51,339 nt of DNA, from assembly GCA_032718475.1 (NCBI GenBank), contig JAUCBJ010005944.1, positions 1 to 51,339 on the forward strand. Reading direction: 5' to 3'. The notes under the pieces were generated by a model that searched no databases, was not told the origin of the DNA, and saw nothing but the letters and a program-made list of their open reading frames with translations. A program made the translations under genes and the position numbers. Of the stretch, positions 46,636 through 51,339 are shown piece after piece (within the stretch, counting starts at the first letter, position 1; every line of letters starts with the position of its first letter). This DNA comes from Nemertoderma westbladi (lineage: Eukaryota; Animalia; Xenacoelomorpha).

Positions 46636-46835
46636 CGCCGGGTGCCAAAAATCCTGCGCCGGCTCTGAGCAAAACCACGCCGGGTGCAAAAAATCCTGCG
46701 CCGGCTCTGAGCAAAACCACGCCGGGTGCAAAAAATCCTGCGCCGGCTCTGTGCAAAACCACGCTGGGTGCAAAAATCCTGCGCCGGCTCTGTGCAATGC
46801 AAAATGCTGCGCCGGGTGAAAAATCTTCCACCGGC
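46636..46835. repeat. GC-rich ~42-bp tandem repeat (GCCGGGTGCAAAAAATCCTGCGCCGGCTCTGAGCAAAACCAC), 4-5 copies
   Basis: Directly visible; explains ORFs at 46525-46959. Confidence 0.85.
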
Positions 46836-48192
46836 TCTTCAAAGCTGCACCGGGCTGACTGGTATAAAACATAAAATCTGCCTGTTATACTGTACAGTAC
46901 CTGTAGTTTATTCGGTTATCTATAATACTGCAGCTGCACTAATCCGAGTTGTTACTTAAACGAACGAGAGTTGTGGGTGGGTGAAATGAAAATAAGGATA
47001 CAGAGACGGAAAACCTTAATAAAGACAAATGCAACAAGTACAGTAGGTACGTTGTTTTATTCCAAAAGTGTAACCATGACCTACTATAGATACGACCCGC
47101 TAAGCTGCTGCAAAGCCCCAAAATTTAGTGGGCCAGTTATTTCTCTTAGTTATAATCCCTGAAATAATAGGTCTAGCGCGTCGAAAGTACTTGTCCCTAA
47201 CTAAAATTATGTCCTCTTTCAGGTGAGACAAATAAAAATTTAATAGCTCCAGTAGTTTTCGAGATATGAGGAGTTCCTGGCACCCATGCCATATCAGCAC
47301 CTTTCAGAATTGAAAAAATACTCAAAATACACCACCCTTCAAAGACTTTGGTATAGCCATTCTATGCTTTTTTGGTTTGTTAAATTCATTATTAGTAATC
47401 GAAAGTGAGATTAGAAGCAAAATTGAACCTTTTATTTTTTAATAGATATACTAAAACAGCACCAAAAGTGCAAGTAGCTCAAAATTTTCAAATAGCCAAA
47501 GGTGGTAAATTGACCCTGTAATTTAAAAACTGAGGTTTTTTGGCAATGGTTTTAAAAATTTGTGTTATTTTCGAAATGGCCAATGTTTCAGTTGGAATTT
47601 CGAAGTGCAGAAGTGCCAGTGAACTTGTACAGTACTTTATTTCAGTACCTACTGCAGTGAGCAGGGTCCAGTACTTACGACAGGTGTACGATACGTACCG
47701 GTACTATTTTACAGTACTGCACTTCCTTGGTAGGCCTACCGGTCTACGGATTGGTATGGCCAAGGCAGCATAGTATAACAGTCAGACAGTCGCACTGTAT
47801 TATTGTTTTACTACTGTATTAATTCTTCTGTACTGCTGTATAAATGGATATACAGATATACTACTACAGTGTATTATTCCGTATGTGGTATGTCAGTATG
47901 AGCACTGCATTGTGCCACTACTGTGCCTGTACAACTGTGGTGGTACATGGATGATAGGCATGCAGGCATGTCAATACCAGTCTGACTGGATTAGGCGTTT
48001 CCATTATTGCATTACTTCGGGGGTGTCTATATGTGTTTATAGCAATATACTGATATAACCTATATTTATTATCACCGCTACGACAGTACGAACTCACCTA
48101 GTGTGAAGGCCCGCCCAGCCGGGCTCCCGTGCCGGCCTATAGGTCTGAACATAGTCATGATACTACTGTATTTGTATGTGGTCACAGCAGTT

Positions 48193-50045
48193 ATGGTGGG
48201 AAAATGCTGTGTTTACGGATGCCGCTCGGGCTACAGCGGCACATTGCCGCAATCGACACCCATTTCAATGTTCGGATTTCCTCCACCAGATTCGCCATTC
48301 CATTGTAAATGGGTTGAATTTATTAGTTCGACTAGGCAAGGGTCTTCCACAGATCAGTTATGGACTCCAGGGGCTTCCGCTAAGATTTGCAGTTTGCATT
48401 TCGACGGGCGATATATTCATAGCAACCAACAGCGGCCATCTTTATCCAAAGATGCTGTTCCCACGATTCACCCGGATTCTGTTCCAACTTCGCTGCGCAA
48501 AATGCCCCAAACTCCTAGAAAACCTCCATTAAAACGAATATACCGTCCGGATGAAATTCAAAACTTCTCAAAGAAGACTAAAATTAGTTCTTTAGCTGAT
48601 GTAGAGGATTATGTAGAAGGTAATAAAGAATTTTCCGATTACGAGGTTCGTCTACATAATACCAGTTCTGGTAAACGGCTGTCTGTTTACAAAATGGATT
48701 TTAGTGACACACCAGCTTTACAAGAATGTATAACTGTTGACGCAGATCTACATGTCAAATTATCAATTGGAGGCACACCAATACCCCAACCATCTTGGTT
48801 AAGGTTAGTTCAGTTCCAAATTATTTAAAACTTGCATAATAGTTACCGGTATATATTTGGCGACGTCATAGGAGGGGTTGGTTGGCCCGTTTCCGGCCAG
48901 CCCATTATGAAACAAAAAGTACTATATTCCGGTATATACTATGTGTAACTCGTATTGTGCACATTTTAAACTTCCAATCAAGCATAAAAAGTCACTACAA
49001 CAACACCATAGTGTTTTCTGTTTTCTGTCAGCCAGCACAGACCCAAATAATTACTGCTGTAAATCGGTTTCATAGTTAATTTCATTTCATTTCTTGTAAA
49101 AATAAATAATTATTATATAATGTATATAATTTTAACTTATTTTTTTAGATCTTCTCGAAGTCAATTAACATCTACAACGATGATTGTAAATATGCTTTCT
49201 TATATTCGAAATGTGACGACGGAATCTCAAGACATAATTAAAGGACTTCTATCCCTGAAATACAACAAACCCAAAGGCAGGCCTAAGTATTCAAGTAGTG
49301 AACTTCGTTTTGCTCTGTTGCTGAGATATACATCCTATAGTGCATACAAGGTAGGCTGTCAAACACGATTAGAATAAATCTATTTAATATTATATTATTA
49401 TATATTAATATATTATATATTATTTTTAGTTAAGTCAGGTTTGTTATTGTTCTTTTTTACCAATCCAGAGCCCGAGCGTAGCGAGGTTAATTAAGAATCG
49501 AGAGCAAAGTGAAAATGAATGTGTGAAATGAATGTAAATTTAATTACAGATTTATTATGTTAAATAATTGTTATGTTAAATAGGCGTTAAATAACAAGAG
49601 TTATGTGGTTCTAGAATGTCCAATATCCAAGTGTTAGTGGTTGACTCTCCCTCTTTAGTAGTTTTATTAATTAATTTAATGCATTATTTAATACTGTAAT
49701 TAATGCATTTTATATATTTTCCTTCAACACCTTACTTTTTTTCTATTTTAGATGATGCGTAATGAAATTTCCTTACCGTCTGACTGCTTACTGAGGAACC
49801 TAATTTCAGGTGGCATTGATTCGATGAAGGCGTTAACAAAGTTACTTCGAGAAGATAAGATCGGGCACGATGTTGTTTTATTGATTGATGAAATGTTCCT
49901 ACAGCAACAGGAGCAGTATAGTGGCGGCGATTTGGTTGGGGCTTGTTCTGATGGAGAATTAGCAAGTGGAATACTTTGTTATATGGTTGTTTCTATTCAA
50001 ACTATTTATATTCAAATTCAAACTATTCAAAGTACAGGCAAATGA
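48193..50045 (+). CDS. Truncated THAP-domain P-type transposase (exons 48193-48803, 49149-49350, 49752-50045; 368 aa)
   Basis: C2CH THAP domain (CCVYGC..FGFPP..W..ICSLHF..AVPTI); FALLLRYTSYSAYK..SLPS; VVLLIDEM; splice phases 2 and 0 consistent. Confidence 0.8.
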
Positions 50046-50657
50046 GTGGGGGTCGTTTTTTGGTGAGCTTATTAGAAGTTATTAGGTCAGAAAATATCAT
50101 TCGTGTTAAATCTATGCTAAAGGAGAATATTTGTTTAGAAGACGTTATTGTAGATCGATCTCTGGATTTCGATTTCACTGATCTCTTAGAGAATATTATA
50201 GTATCGAATTTGTTTATGATGTTGATGAGGCGACAACCGAGGCTACTGTTTGTGTAGCTGGCTACATAGCACACAAGTTACTAAAGAAATATCAATGTGA
50301 CGAATAGTTAAAATAACACCGTTTTTTAAACTTTTAGATCAGGGCGGGCTAATATTCCCTACAGAAAGTCTTCGTGAACTAGTAAAACATGCCTTTGTAA
50401 TTTTGGATCGAGCTGAGACCGTAATTCTAGAACAAGAATTGCCGTACAGAAAGGTTGCGCAAGTGGTTTTGAATCATGTTTGCGAACACAGCCCATTTAT
50501 GGGCATCGGTTGTGATAAACATATACAGAACACTATTAAAGTTGTCTTTACCACGGTCTGCAATGTCTTTGGAAAAAATGTGGCAAAGGAACACTCCCAG
50601 TGCTCTAGGAAGGATACAATTAAAGAATTTAAAACTCGTCAACTTAAAAAAAAATGA
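50030..50657 (+). pseudogene. Out-of-frame C-terminal remnant of the P-type transposase
   Basis: KYRQMSGGRFLVS..EV..SE.I, VAGYIAHKLLKK..C, LDQGGLIFP, GCDKH in shifting frames with a stop. Confidence 0.8.
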
Positions 50658-51339
50658 ATTATTCAGTCTCTTTCTATTTGTAACTATTTGTAACTAAGTG
50701 AATAATGTGAATAGTAATGTGTAAATAGTGAATAGCAACAAAATTCCATTACTTTGAACATAATAAACGCCATTTTTGGAAATGAGTTTGCAATGAAATT
50801 GCTTGTAATGGATGAAACTTGTCATTTTCGTACCATTTTTGACAATTGCAAAATCTTATAAACCTTGCCAATGAGATCAGCACATTCTAAAACCTCAGTA
50901 GCCAAACTGTGTGGCCAATTTACCACGTTTGGATATTTTAAAATTTTGAGCTACTTGTACTTTTGGTGCTGTTTTAGTGTCTATTAAAAATAAAAGCTTT
51001 TTTGCTTCTAATCTTGCTTTCGATTACTAATAATGAATTCAACAAACCAAAAAAGCATAGTATGGTTATACCAAAGTCTTTGAAGGGTGGTGTATTTTCA
51101 GTATTTTTTCTATTCCGAAAGGTGCTGATATGGTATGGGTGCCAGGAACTCCTCATATCTCGAAAACTACTGGAGCTATTAAATTTTTATTTGCCTCACC
51201 TGAAAGAGGACATAATTTTAGTTAGGGACAAGTACTTTCGACGCGCTAGACGTATTGTTTCAGGGGTTCTATCTAAGGGAAATAACTGGCCCACTAAATT
51301 TAGGGGCTTTGCAGCAGCTTAGCGGGTCGTATCTATAGT

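Larger units (their letters stand above)
47075..51339 (+). mobile_element. P-element/Galileo-like (THAP9-type) DNA transposon with long TIRs, internally deleted
   Basis: 47083 to ~47540 is the diverged reverse complement of ~50890-51339 (right TIR cut by the window edge); probable left end CATGACCTAC; contains a spliced THAP transposase. Confidence 0.88.

Noticed and set aside
47100-47300. Similar ORFs at 47100..47300 (-) and 51002..51322 (+)
   Set aside because: They are the two arms of the transposon TIR, not genes.

Overview
Repeat-rich eukaryotic (animal-like, GT-AG spliced) genomic window. The backbone is the 5' part of a minus-strand CFAP100/CCDC37-like ciliary gene (6 exons, 37284 to 11029, phases consistent, 3' part outside the window). 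Two plus-strand genes appear nested antisense inside it: an intronless GNL2/NOG2 GTPase (2714-4828) and an unrecognised 5-6 exon coiled-coil gene with an MGxxxT N-terminus (14259-34798) that the ORF track does not show. Three large tandem arrays explain nearly all the long ORFs. The 46/47-bp array starts exactly at a splice donor, the 32-bp array resembles the 3' tip plus (TAG)n tail of an RTE LINE also present in the window, and the 27-bp array continues a degenerate transposase-like frame. The most unusual element is a tRNA-derived Pol III head fused to a minimal type I hammerhead ribozyme, present as a ~265-bp inverted pair (12947-13589). The rest is transposon debris (LINEs, Gypsy, hAT, MITEs/foldbacks) and an internally deleted P/Galileo-like THAP transposon with long TIRs. 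All calls were made by eye without database searches.
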